The notes: generated from the sequence alone by a model not told the origin. A stretch of 64,000 nucleotides of DNA from Octopus sinensis (GCF_006345805.1 NC_043008.1:78182001-78246000), one strand, 5' to 3'; positions 13,001 to 26,060 are shown, counted from the first letter of the stretch. A program made the numbers and translations.

Positions 13001-13738
13001 GGTCATAACAGTAATATATTAAGATTACCGTCACTAATGTCTAGGATTTGATGACGATAATATATTAGGATTACCGTCACTAATGTCTAGGATTTGATGA
13101 CGATAATATATTAAGATTACCATCACTAATGTCTAGGTGGTTATGACAGTAATATATTAAGATTACCGTCAATAACGTCTAGGACTTGATGACGATCACA
13201 CATTAAGATTACCGTCACTAAATTCTAGGTGTTGATGACGATCATATATCAAGATTAACGTCACTAACGTCTAGGAGTTGATAACGATAATATATTGAGA
13301 TTACCATCACTAATGTCTATGGGTTGATGACGATAATATATTAAGATTACCGTCACTAACTTCTAGGGGTTAATGACGCTAATATATTAGGATTACCGTC
13401 ACTAATGTCCAGGAGTTGATGATGATAATATATTAAGATTACCGTCACTAATGTCTAGGAGTTGATGACGATAATATATTAAGATTAACGTCACTATAGT
13501 CTAGGGGTTGATGACGATAATATATTAAGATTACCGTCACTAATGTCTAGGAGTTGATTACGATAATATATTAAGATTACCGTCACTAATGTCTAGGAGT
13601 TGATGACGATAATATATTAGGATTGCCGTCACAAACGTCTAGGATTTGATGATAATATATTATGATTACCGTCACTATTGTCTAGGCGTTATATTAAGAT
13701 TACCGTCACTAATGTCTAGGTGTTGATGACGATAATAT
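10030..13738 (+). repeat. 46-bp minisatellite array, ~80 units, each internally palindromic
   Basis: Consensus GATGACGATAATATATTAAGATTACCGTCACTAATGTCTAGGAGTT; period 46 (GATTACCGTCAC at 13391 and 13437); a half unit resumes at 14845 after the LTR. Confidence 0.98.
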
Positions 13739-14844
13739 TGTTACGGTTTAGCTGGTGCATTTCCCGGTGACCCACATTGGAATTATGGTTCCGGCATGTC
13801 TAGTAGAAAAGTGACAGTCTTTTGTTTAATGGAGGACTAATGGGTTTTGGAATGACCTGTGACCTTGTGCGGGTGAATTAGGGGTCGCTCTGGACACCCC
13901 TTGAATATGTCGTGAGAGAGGATGAGGGGGCAGAGAGGGACAGATAGAGAGGGTAATAGGCAGCAGGTGATAGAGATAGGCAGTAAGATCAGAGAGCAGA
14001 TAGAAAGGCTATAAGCAGTAAGGGACAGATTGAGAATAGAGATAGAGTATAAGGCTAAGAGAGCAGTTAGAAAGGGTATGAACGATATAGACAGAGGGAG
14101 ATGAGGTAGTGGAAGTCAGGACGAGGAGGTGAGGTTTTGAGCAGTTCGTAGTTGGTCGTCAAGAAGGGCAGTCGCTGGCCTGTCCTCGAAGAAGACAGAC
14201 GGACATTGGATTTAAGGAGCAAGCGTTGGAATTCTTAGGAGCAAGTGGGATGCGAGAAAGCTTGGCGGCACAGAAGGGATATGTACAGAGGATTTAGCAG
14301 TATTGAGAGGAATGGGACACTGGCGATTCAATTAGGAATTGAGGTATGTGTTTGTGCATTGATACGTGTCACGATGTATTGAACAGTGAAAAGAACAGTC
14401 AAGGACTCTGTCGATGTGGTCGATAAAGGACATTGTGAAGAAGAAGAGTAAAGGACTTGTTGATTGTGATGTTTAGGAAGAGACTTTAAAGAACTGTTGT
14501 CTTGGGACGTGTACTCTTGAATTGTTACATGATGTTGTATTATGCTTTGAGTTGTACTCTTGAAATGCTGTTGTATTATGTATTGAGTAGTCACGTGCAT
14601 GCTTTGATGTATCTTGATGTTGTAACAATTGTAATTGTCGTATAAACTGTTGTTTGAATATAAGCCAGTGTTGCCAGTTGTTGCCTTGCCTCTTTGGGTT
14701 GTATCTCGAGTTGTGCCTCTGTATCTCTGTGCTGTTGAGGTTGTGGCAGTATCTATCTGTATCTCCTCTCTCCGCCTCTTTGGGTTCCGTGGCGGAACTT
14801 GTGTGAGCCGTTCGGGACGGGCGACGACGGGTGATTCCGTAACA
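13739..14844. mobile_element. solo LTR, probably Gypsy-type
   Basis: TGTTACGG...CCGTAACA 8-bp inverted termini (TG..CA) and 4-bp TSD ATAT (13735-13738, 14845-14848) splitting one satellite unit. Confidence 0.85.
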
Positions 14845-14899
14845 ATATATTAAGATTTATATATATGCACATACACTGATATATATATAAATTAACGCA

Positions 14900-15340
14900 A
14901 GATATCTGATTAATAATATCTGTCATGATTTTTCGACGGTGGTGGGCGGTAATATATAACCGTTCTGAAAGATCTCTTTTAGGAATACTTTTACTCTTGT
15001 TGCGTGCAACGGTTTCTCTGTATAGATACAGACAGACGTAATGTGAGAGAGGTGTTGGGCGAAAGTGTGACTGAGAGACGAATCTGTCATACTTCGTTAT
15101 GGGGGATATTCGAAAGTGAGAAGTGACAAACATTGTCAAAGTCTGGATTTTGTTGCCCTAGTAACCACAGCTTTTGAGATAGCGGTTTCTAAACTAGTCC
15201 AGTCTCTTTCCCGCCTCTTTTTACATGTGGCTGTAAATTTTGGTGCCAATCCGACCCCATCTACCGGCCCTTAAATCTTTTCCATCCCAAAATGAAACAA
15301 ACAAATTTTTCGAATTTCAGCTTTATTAATTGTAGAAATA
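14900..15340 (+). mobile_element. possible Helentron/HINE-like non-autonomous element fragment
   Basis: 3' block AAATTTTGGTGCCAATCCG...ACAAACAAA...CAGCTTTATTAATTGTAGA resembles DINE/HINE ends (from memory only). Confidence 0.3.
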
Positions 15341-16549
15341 TTCACTTCCATTTCTTTTCAGGAAGGCACGATTTTCTATAGTCATATCTTTATTTGTATT
15401 TAATCCTAAGTAAGGACTACATTCTAATTCATCAGACTTCGAACTATTTATTCTTTTCTTTAATGAGATACCATAACAGCTTAAAATGTGCTATTTTAAG
15501 ATATTAAGATGAATTGTTTTTGAATAGGTTCAAAGACAAGTGTTAAAAACGGTTCATTAGATTCGACTCTCACACATTATATACACTAGTGTCTCTTTGG
15601 AATATATTCGTCTGCGTATTTATGTAGACGAAAGTCATGGTTAACCATATCAAGCTAGGGTAGAATAACTCACAACGGGATTATATGTGAGAACGTACAA
15701 TAGAGAAATTCATCTTCTGTTTCTGGACAGATCATCTTTAAGAGGTCATGTATGTCACAAAAGATTTTTAATCCATTATGAATTATTATGTTGATAAGTC
15801 TTTATGCGTGTATTTTATAGTAGGCAATTTATCATTTTATAATTGCTAAGGTGTTATTTTTCTAATAATAAATATATCACAACTTTTATTTAAAAGTTCG
15901 AGCTATCACAGTGCACGTAATCTGTCAATAAGAACTAAGCAATACGTTTATTACACAACACATATACATTAATTTGTTTTTCCATAATGTTTCTAAAGCA
16001 AAGTGATAAAATATAAAAATAACGTTTGTGGCCAATCTAATCATAAATTTCCCTAGATTCATTACCTCAAACTTCTCATGAGTACGTTGAAAAATTATTT
16101 ATTTCCGTTTCAGTTATAAAACCGATAGATTCGTGTCTGTTATGGAATGAACATTTTCGATAAATTATTTCCAGCTCCTCTCCACTAGGGTAACTTTGGA
16201 TAGCATCTAAGTGAAAATATTCATGTACTAGCATGGATATCTCCATTTATCAACGAATTTGAGAAACTCTTTTGTAACATAAATGTTTATTACTGGAAGG
16301 TATGGACTGTTTAAGACATAAATCTGACTTCTCGGTGAACTTCAGGCTTCAAAGTTTCCATATATGATAGAGATTTATTCATTTTTATCCCGATGGAAAA
16401 TGCACTCACTTTTGTTAATGGAGGTTAATTTTATACGTTTAGGTTAATATATATACTTGAAAGTAGGCATATGTTGAGTAATAGTGCTTATGTTTGATTT
16501 ACTTACATACACTTATTGGCCTCCGTGCAGAACAACAGTAACTACATTA

Positions 16550-16940
16550 GGGCAGCGGACTCGCGGTCGGAGGATCTTTGTTTCGATCCCCAGACCGGGC
16601 GTTGTGTGTGTTTATTGAGCGAAAACACCTAAAGCTCCACGAGGCTCCGGCAGGGGGTGGTGGCGACCCCTGTTGTACTCTTTCGCTCCAACTTTCTCTC
16701 ACTCTTTGTTCCTGTTTCTTGTTCCCGACTTCCTACGCAATCGCTGAGCCTGGATGCGCAGTCAGCCATCCGTCGATGCTCTCGGTGTCGGGGGTTGACC
16801 TGCTTTCTCTTCTGCGGGTCTTACGAATAGCAAAGGACCACGTTTCGGACTTCTCCCACTACAGAGGCGCGATCTTGCGAGCTCTGGGACGGAGACCGCT
16901 TCGCTCAACAGCAACAGCAACATCAACTACAACAACAGTA
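16550..16940 (+). mobile_element. tRNA-derived SINE, 5'-damaged, with (CAA)n-ending tail
   Basis: 16553-16700 nearly identical to 58544-58700; distinct 3' part ending CTCAACAGCAACAGCAAC. Confidence 0.85.
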
Positions 16941-19160
16941 ACAACAAAACCAAAAGCTGCTGGAATTAATGTTGAAGAAGTCTAAAAATACTTCAGATTT
17001 GTACTCGCCAGACAGCGTAGCGAACTCAATTGAAGAATTCAGATATAATCCAGAAGAAGGGATTACCTTCTCTGTATATTTTCGAAGATAAGAAGAAAAC
17101 TTCAAAGAAGAATGTAAAAATTGGTCTGACGAGAAAACATTACGACTACTTTTGAGAAAGTTATGCCCTTCCGAACACGAAAAATATAGTAACTATATTC
17201 TGCCGAAGAAACCAGGTGAGATTTGTTTCTGTGAAACAGCTAATATTTTATCGGAAATTCTCAATGTAATAAGTTCCCAGTTCAGTACTCGCTGGTAATG
17301 TTTAAATTTGGTCAAAAAACATTATGAAGATTTCGTCACCTATGCTGGAGTTGCTAACAGAGAATGTGAAAAATTCAAATTAAATGAATTAAACATGGAC
17401 ATGTTCAAATGTCTAATTTTTGTTCAAGGGATGGCTGCAAACAAAAATGCAGACATAAGTTCCCTGATATTAACGAAATTAGAACAGGACCCAAAAATTA
17501 ACTCTACAGGCAGTAGCAGAAGAATGCCAGAGGATTATAAATCTAAGACATGACGCAGATAAAATTGAAGAAAAAGATTGCTCTCATATTCATGCGCGTC
17601 GACCGGTAACGGATATAAAAAAAGAGAAAAAATATCAAGACCGAATTTATGTTATGGGTGCAGTGGTCTATATTTTAAAAGAAACTCTCCGTTTAAAAAT
17701 ATAAAATGCTTCAGGTATAGTAAGATAGGCCATAAAAAACAAAACTGTAAAACAAAACCTAAAAAACGGTTCAACAGAAAAAAAAATCACGTAATCAGGT
17801 TATCGGTAGCAAGAAATATGAACTAACTTCAAAGGAAATTTGTGTATGTAAAAGTTAATAACACAAACGTCAAGTTACAATTGGATACGGAAAGTGATAT
17901 CTCGATACTAACACAGATATATGGGAAAAATCGGAAGACCTAGACTAAAAGAAACTTCGAAAATTGTACGTGGTGTTTCAAGTAAAAATCAATTACATTG
18001 AAACTTCGAAAATCGCACGTGGTGTTTCAGGTAAAAATAAATGACATTTTAAGGGCTAATTGATAAGTGACGTTACGTTTCGGGGAAAAAAAGACCCCTT
18101 AAAAGCCAGTTTTTAGCGTTGAATAAGACAAATTTATTCGGAATAGACAGGATGGAATTATGACACCTCCCCATAAATCTCCACATAAACCTCCCCATAA
18201 ATTTTTTCTGTTAAAATACAAAAGGTTTTTTTCGCGAGTACAAATAAGTCGTCAGACGAATTTTCAAAAAAATTTTTTAATATTTTTCCTGAAGTTCTAT
18301 TTGAGGAATTAGGTCTGTGCACCAAAGCAAAGGCAAAGTTTCAAGTAAAAGAAAATTTTATACCAGTATTAAACCAAAACGAACTGTACCTTTCGCAGCG
18401 TTAGAAGAGATAAACTTAGAATTAGAGAGACGAGAAAAAATAGGAGTTATCCAAAAAGTGGAATATAGTCAATGGTCATCACCAACTGTGTACATTAGTA
18501 AAAAGAATAATAAAATCAGAGTATGTGCTGATTTTTCCACTGGTTTAAACGAATGTCTTAAAATGTTTCACTATCCGCTACTTACTCCGAAATTAAACGG
18601 TGGCAACATAATTTCTAAATTGGATCCCTCTGAAACGTGCCCACAAATTAGAGTAGACGACGAATTCTCTAAATACCTAACAATTGACACACATGAAGGA
18701 CTGCATAAATACAGTAGGTTACCATTTGGCTTAAAGTCGTGCCGGCGATTTTTCAACAGATTATGGATGCAATGTTAGCAGGCTGTGAATTCACAATTTC
18801 ATACCTGGATGATATACTTATTGAAAGCGAATCCCGGGACCAACACGTAGAGAACGCAAAATATGCCTCCTCCGACAAATAAAGCGACCTTTCAAGTTTA
18901 TTTGGGACTAGCAAATTATTACCAAAATTATTTTCCAACTGTGCATAAGGTGAGAGTTCCTCTAAATAATCTATTTTAAAAAACTGTAAAGTGGAACTGC
19001 TCTAAAAATTGTCTGAAGACGTTCAACAAAATTTTAAAAATATTAACATCTGATTTGTTGTTAGCCTACTTCGATCCTGCAGTGAAGAAGTGTTGTAGCT
19101 ACATAAATAAAAAGATGGTAACATGAAGGTGGTGGTTCATGCCTCACGTTCTCTGATATA
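16900..19160 (+). mobile_element. Gypsy LTR retrotransposon gag-PR-RT-(RH) relic with frameshifts
   Basis: gag EDFVTYAGVANRECEKFKLNEL..MFKCLIFVQG; degenerate CCHC knuckles (17578-17826); protease LQLDTESDISI; RT WSSPTV..KKNNKIRVCADFSTGLN, RLPFG and YLDD at 18802-18813. Confidence 0.92.
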
Positions 19161-19162
19161 CT

Positions 19163-19380
19163 CTTTACTCTTACTCTTTTACTTGTTTCAGTCATGCTGG
19201 AGCACCGCCTTTAGTCGAGCAAATCGACCCCAGGACTTATTCTTTGTAAGCCTACTACTTATTGTATCGGTCTCTTTTGACGAACTGCTAAGTTACGGGG
19301 ACGTAAACACACCAGTATCGGTTGTCAAGCGATGTTGGGGGGACAAACACAGACACACAAACGTATACTCACACATACAT

Positions 19381-19442
<62 letters not shown>

Positions 19443-19815
19443 TACAACGGGCTTCTTTCAGTTTCCACCAACCAAATCCACTCACAAGGCTTTGGTCTGC
19501 CCGAGGCTATAGTAGAAGGTGCCACGCAATGGGACGGAACCCGGAAACTGAAAGAAGCCCGTCTTATATATGTATATATATATGTATATGTATGTATATG
19601 TTTTTGTGTCTGTGTTTGTCCCCCCAAAATCGCTTGACAACCGATGCTGGTGTGTTTACGTCCCCGTAACTTAGCAGTTCGTCAAAAGAGACCGGTAGAA
19701 TAAGTAGTAGGCTTACAAAGAATAAGTCCTGTGGTCGATTTGCTTGACTAAAGGCGGTGCTCCAACATGGCCGCAGTCAAATGATTGAAACAAGTAAAAG
19801 AGTAAAAGAAAGAGT
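19163..19815. mobile_element. fold-back (inverted) pair of SINE copies
   Basis: 19163-~19467 is the reverse complement of ~19542-19815, including the microsatellite and ACGGGCTTCTTTCAGTTTCC / GGAAACTGAAAGAAGCCCGT. Confidence 0.9.
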
Positions 19816-20216
19816 AATAATAATAGAGATTACTCTGATATTTTCCAAGTTTCTTTAATATCTCATCAGAGTCCCACTGCGTAAAGTTTAAAAACTCTAA
19901 TTTACAACTTAAAATTTACTTTAACTTTTCTAATATACACCGCATTGTGCATAAGTATTTGCTAATTGTGTAATAACACCGCTAGTATGCAAATTAATTT
20001 AAGTATTACAACTAAGTTTTAGTTCTGCTTGTTTGAAGTAAGTATACTCTATGAATAAATGTCTGTATATATGTAATTTAGACACCTATTTTAGACACCT
20101 ATTTTACTATGATGTGATATATGTCTGTATGTATATATACATATGTGTGTGTGTATGCATGCATGTATACATATGTATAAATGCATGTATGAATGCATAT
20201 ATAGCCTCAAGCTATA

Positions 20217-20450
20217 TCTATATATATAAAACTGAGAATGTGTGTTTGTCTGTCTGTCTGTGTGTTTCCCTAAAACTTGAGAACTACACAACCAATTTCA
20301 TTCAAATTTTACACATGCCTTACTTAGGGTCCATGTAGTGTAATGGGAAAACAAAATGTTTAACTTCTTGCCTAGGGCGAGCCCACAGCAATATCATATC
20401 TTCTACACTATTTCAGTATTACGTGCTAAAAGTGAAACAAAAACATCTCT
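20217..20450 (+). mobile_element. 5' end of a non-autonomous Helitron-like element
   Basis: A|TCTATATATATAAAACTGAGAATGTGTGTTTGTCTGTCTG...AACTACACAACCAATTTCATTCAAATTT; TC start and a typical Helitron-N 5' block. Confidence 0.55.
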
Positions 20451-20482
20451 CTATTGTATGTATATGGATGTATGTATGTATG

Positions 20483-20544
<62 letters not shown>

Positions 20545-20558
<14 letters not shown>

Positions 20559-21500
20559 AACGGGAAAGTTTACGAAAATAAACAAAAGACGAAGGCAGGT
20601 GGAGTAGAAAAAAACAAATGTATTAGTATAGCGCTCAGGAATAGAAATAGAAAAAGTCATTTACGTTTCGAGCCAACGCTCTTCGACAGAAAGATACACA
20701 GAGAAAAACAAGGAAAGAATCAAGGAGAGAAAAAAATGCGTCTAGGAGCTAACGATCTATCATGGCGTCCTGACTTCGGACAGTGATCAGACGCGAGAGG
20801 GACAGTAGGGGAGATAACAGGGTCAAGTGACTTCCAATACGAAGGTGCCCCCAAGACAAAGGTGCGTGTGTGTATCTATTGTGATTTCTGCAATGTGCTG
20901 TATAAATTGTCAAGTAAATGAGAGACATCTTTGCCTCTACTGATCCAGTTGCAAAGTGTTGAGTAAAATTATTTGATTGCAGACCTCCTTTCAGTATTTT
21001 TATTATCACTGGGTCACACATTGTCCCTACATGGCAAGATTGATTTCAAGGCCTTCCCAGATGAGTGACTGATTATTCAAAGACATTAATAGATTGTAAA
21101 TTTATTCTGTCCAGTTACGTATCAGTATAGTGGTCATTTGCAAACTCCAGAGGTGACACTTTAATTTCTCCTTAGCCCTCACGTCACACAGTTGGTAATG
21201 TTGATTTCAGTTGGGTCACGCCCTTCCAATTGCTATAGATTCGTAATGCATCTTATGGCTGTGCCTGTCACCCGGATGGTGAGGAATCCTACATTGGGAG
21301 TGGTACCGACTAGGATAGGGTAACTGACTGCTTATTGTGATCATTCGTCTTTTGGTTTCCTGTAGCTTTGCTCTCTTTTACAAACCCAGTGAACATATAT
21401 TTCCTATTTCAAAGAAATTCAAACAATAGATGTAAGACCCAAGTTAAAAAGATTCTCAACAATTCAACTTCTCTGGTTGACATTAAGATGCCCACCCCCA
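20545..21500 (-). mobile_element. Penelope-like element remnant with variant hammerhead motif at ~20655-20695
   Basis: Minus strand TCTTT-CTGTCGA-A-GAGC GTTG GCTC-GAA-ACGT-A-AATGA is an HHR fold with A6U; abuts (TA)n. The upstream extent is uncertain. Confidence 0.5.
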
Positions 21501-21924
21501 ACAGGGGCCTTAACTCTCACATTTTAGAGCTCCATGACCTTCATTTTCCAAGAGAAAAATCTTTTTAACAGGTTCAATAAGACTGGAATTTTGGAATATG
21601 CGCATAAAAATCAGTAGTATAGGATACATGTCACACGATTACAATTTTTTGGGCGGGTGTAAAGAGGGAAATAACCCTCATCTGCAATTTTGATGAAATT
21701 CGAAACATAGATATTCCAGTTCATTAGAGAAAATATAACAGAAAAGTCTAATTCTTCAATTGTATGTAACACGGGCAACGCCGGGTATCTCTTCTAGTTT
21801 ATTATATATGAAGTCAATCCATAAATCCTTCCCGGTTTGTTTATTAAGCCAGTGTACATGTTCTTTGGAAGCAACAATGCTACAAGACCTGACAAAGATG
21901 TATATAGAATATTTACTACTCAAG

Positions 21925-22070
21925 GCACAAGGCCCGACGTTTGGGGGGAGAGAGCCAGTCGAGTAGATCGACCCGAGTACGCAACTGGTACTTAATTTAT
22001 TGACCCCGAAAAGATAAAAGGCAAAGTCGACCTCGGCGGAATTTGAACTCAGAACGTAAAGACAGACGCA
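21925..22070 (-). mobile_element. SINE fragment (7098 family)
   Basis: GGTACTTAATTTATTGACCCCGAAAAGATAAAAGGCAAAGTCGACCTCGGCGGAATTTGAACTCAGAACGTA is the reverse complement of the 7098 body. Confidence 0.85.
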
Positions 22071-23096
22071 AGATGTATATAGAATGATAATCTAAGCTAA
22101 CCATCCATGAGAAATGTTTGAAATGTGACAGCGAAACATTTTAACTCTCAATCAAACAGTTATATATACTACTGATAAATTGCTTTTAGCACCGAGAAGT
22201 ACTTTCTTCTCATTTGGCTGTCACAAAATTATATGACAAATTTTCTCATGAAAATGTTTTCGTTAAATATTCGTTTGCCATGAGTAACTTGTATTCCTTA
22301 AGAATTCTTGTCGCTGTTGCAGTTAATCATGAAGCTAACTTTTTTAATCAGAAACTCTATCACACACTTCTGTATATTTTATGAGTAAAATACTTATTCT
22401 TTAGAGACCTCTCTGAAAGAATTCAAAATATTTTACGATAGATTCTGTATTTTCTTTTCTTCTGCTCTCGTCTATCACTCTAAAAATGTAAAACGTAGGG
22501 TGTTGTATTGGCTTCCTGTTTTTATCAGCGAGATTCATATCTTTATTTCTATCATCCCACGTGTACATACATACATATACATATATTTTTCTCTTAACTG
22601 TAAATCAATAACAGTAGAAGCTTATGTTTTTATAATAAATCAATTTAAAATAGGTTTTCCGCCATTCTCACAATAGACATGCCTCTTCAGCTACATCAAT
22701 AAATATAATTCTAAAATGAAATTCACAGAAGGTGAAATGAATGTCTATGGAATGTTGTTACGTTCAATTGTTTCTTCATTCAGTTGGACTACTGACATAA
22801 AAAAAGGGTAAATGAGGGAATAATATTGAAATACTTTTGTATATTTCACTCCCTCATATGTTTTTTTAATCTGGTTATTCGAAGAGAAACAAGGAATCTT
22901 TAAGTCAGCTCAATGTCAAAAATTATGTTAGGAGTTTATGGAAATCTCACAGGAACTTTCAGGTGTAATTTAGACACCTGGAAAACAAACCCTATTTTAC
23001 TATGATGCGATACATACATACATACGTACATACATACATGCATACATGCATACATACATACATACGTACATACATACATACATACATGCATACATA

Positions 23097-23620
23097 TTAC
23101 TAAAATCACATACTTGACGTATGCGTGTTGTTTAAACGCCAGGAGATGAGGACTTTCGTCGGGGAAAATTCATTTAAACATGTGTTGTGCTAAAACGACA
23201 GTTTACTTCAGAGCTAGGTGAAACGAAACTGCCTCGGAAGTGAACGTGTGCGACAGATACTAGTATTGTGCTGCTTATCAATACCTCGAACTCGCATCAC
23301 TCTCGAAACGAAATCGAAATTGCAAGTCTGAAGTATAAGGAAATAGTAAAATCTAGTTGCTGATGCGCAGTTGTGTCGCTCGCACACTATTTTATATATA
23401 CAACAAAATAGCGATTTCGATTTTGTCTCGGGAATAAGGCAGTTGATTGGTAGTAAAATACTGCTAAAAACTGGTATTTGCAGCTCTCGATCACTTCCGA
23501 GGTGGTTTTGTTTTGCCTAACTCTATGCGTTATGCATTTTTAAAGGGATCTTTCCCGGACGAAAGGCTGAAGCTCCTGACGTTTAAACAACACACATACA
23601 TTGAGTATGTGATATTAGTG
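23097..23620. mobile_element. MITE or fold-back element with long imperfect inverted arms
   Basis: ACTAAAATCACATACTTGACGTATGCGTGTTGTTTAAACGCCAGGAG pairs with CTCCTGACGTTTAAACAACACACATACATTGAGTATGTGATATTAGT; similarity continues inward for ~200 bp. Confidence 0.8.
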
Positions 23621-24799
23621 GTGTTTAATTATTAGCCTGCTTCTAACGCATGTATGTGTATTTGTGCGCTACAAACTTTCATTAGGGACAAGTCATACGT
23701 TTCTCAACCAGTTAAATGCATATAAATCTTTCTTTTTTTTATCACAGCACTTTTCATGTGTTAGAGCTGCAAATAAGTCATCGAGGACAGACTATTTTGT
23801 TATAACCATTTTAAAGCATGTAACTGGGTAAGCAAGCCTGAAGATGTGATCCATTCTAGCTGTACATATGTACAATATATAAAATTTATTTAGGAAATTT
23901 GAAATTACAAACGCTAACATATTCCATCAATCATAGACACCTATAGTAAAGAATCAATACTTTTTATCTATAATTTCATTTCATATTTTGTAACGAAAGC
24001 AATTGGCTGAATATATGATACTGTTAAGCAGCTTTTTATTCATATTTAAAACATAAAATTGTTTTATAAATGCATTTCATGAAATATTAAATTTATTCCA
24101 ATATTACATACGTCAACGTACAAAAGATTCTTGTTTTTAACATGTTAATTATTTGTCTGAGGTACGTGTTTAATTGTAAACAACGCAAAAATAACTTTTT
24201 TCACATCTAGAATGAATGGAATGCATACAAATGTCGTAACTGATCAAAGTCGAAATTCATATTTATATATTATCTCGACAAAAGCAATTCTACCTGATAA
24301 TTTTCATAAAAATGTGGATATTGGATAAATTCCAATTCGTTCTGTTAGAATTTATTTTGTTTGTATTTCTGGTATCTGAAAACTGATTGCATCATTATAT
24401 TTATTTCTTCAACTTTTAATTCAATGTTGCAGGTCGGATAAGCGGTTGATCCATTAATTTCTTGTGAAGGAATAAACATAAGGGAGATGAATGTTTGTGG
24501 AGCCATGTTGGAGAATTATTCGAATATTAGATTGTTCATTTCAGTTGTTATGATTTGAACCCCCAAAGCATGTAATGAAGAGGATATCTTCCAATAAACT
24601 CTTTTCCGGAACCAAACGTGATATATTCTTCTTTCAATTATTCTTGCTTATTCCTGGTTCAGATATATTTTATAACTGTAAATTTGAGAGAAATAAATAA
24701 TGCGGGAACTGTTTCCATGTGTTATTTATTATTGAGATATTTTCATAAAAGTGAAAGTATTACTTGACAATAATGGGGTTTTATATATTATATATTATA

Positions 24800-24841
24800 T
24801 AATAATATCAACAACAACGACAATGATAATAATAATAATAA

Positions 24842-24872
<31 letters not shown>

Positions 24873-24906
24873 AATGATAATAATAATAATAATAATGATA
24901 ATGATG

Positions 24907-24951
<45 letters not shown>

Positions 24952-25004
24952 TAATAATAATAATGATGATGATGATGATAATAATAATGATAATAATAAT
25001 AATG

Positions 25005-25093
<89 letters not shown>

Positions 25094-25143
25094 TAATAAT
25101 AATGATGATGATGATGAGGAGGAGGAGGAGGAGGAGGATGATG
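24800..25143. repeat. (AAT)n/(GAT)n/(GAG)n triplet repeat
   Basis: Direct reading. Confidence 0.98.
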
Positions 25144-25587
25144 TGTATGTATAGGTGCAGTGTGGGAATTGGTTGCGAAATTGTGCGTTGAGACATATTA
25201 TATTTGAGGTTGTCATTTTCTCTTCTTGCGAAATAAAGACACGCACTATATATTCGTTTGTCACTTGTTTATTATTGTTATTCATATGGGTTATGTGTGT
25301 GTATATGGTGTTAATATCCTTATTTTCATATAATAGTAAAGTTCATGTGACTAGACTTAAACCCACAGTCCACTTGATTGAAATATATAGGATGTCCTAC
25401 AAAGCTGTAGGTTCTAACAATACATGTCAGTAATTTATGTGGAGCTATCCGGTTTTAGATTCGGTCTAACTGCATAACACTCTGGAAAAGTCTTCTGATA
25501 TAACCCCGAATTAATACCCTGAGTAAATCTTGCAGGCGGAAATAGCTCGGCAGCCTATGTACATATGTGTGTGTATTATATAAGTAC

Positions 25588-25655
<68 letters not shown>

Positions 25656-25777
25656 GAAATATTAAAAGTCTCTTTAAAAGAGATTACGACAGCGTTTCTG
25701 GAAATTAATAGTTATCGCCATACTAATATGGCATTCTTAAAAATAAGAATAAAGAATTAGTATGGCGATAACTATTA

Positions 25778-25820
<43 letters not shown>

Positions 25821-25980
25821 ATATATATATAAGTAGATAAATGGTACAACAAGGCACCAATATTTACAGGAAAATAGCAATCGATATATTACTGGAAAGT
25901 AATACATTTATATATATATATTATTAGTGAATCGGAGAAATGGAGTTGAACGAAGATTGAACAGAAATCGTTTTATTGCA

Positions 25981-26060
25981 TTCTACACGTGTTTCGAAAG
26001 GCACAATTTACCAAATTCCGATTGAATAAGGAGACCATATTGTGTCTTTCTCTTCAGGAA
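25981..26060 (-). ncRNA. minimal type-I hammerhead ribozyme, intact core (minus-strand copy)
   Basis: Exact reverse complement of 26193-26272. Confidence 0.75.

Noticed and set aside
10030-13738. CRISPR-like appearance of palindromic repeats
   Set aside because: Units are contiguous with no unique spacers, there are no cas genes, and the context is eukaryotic.
10030-13738. Repetitive protein-coding ORF (DDDNILRLPSLMSRS)
   Set aside because: The unit length of 46 is not a multiple of 3 and stops occur frequently.
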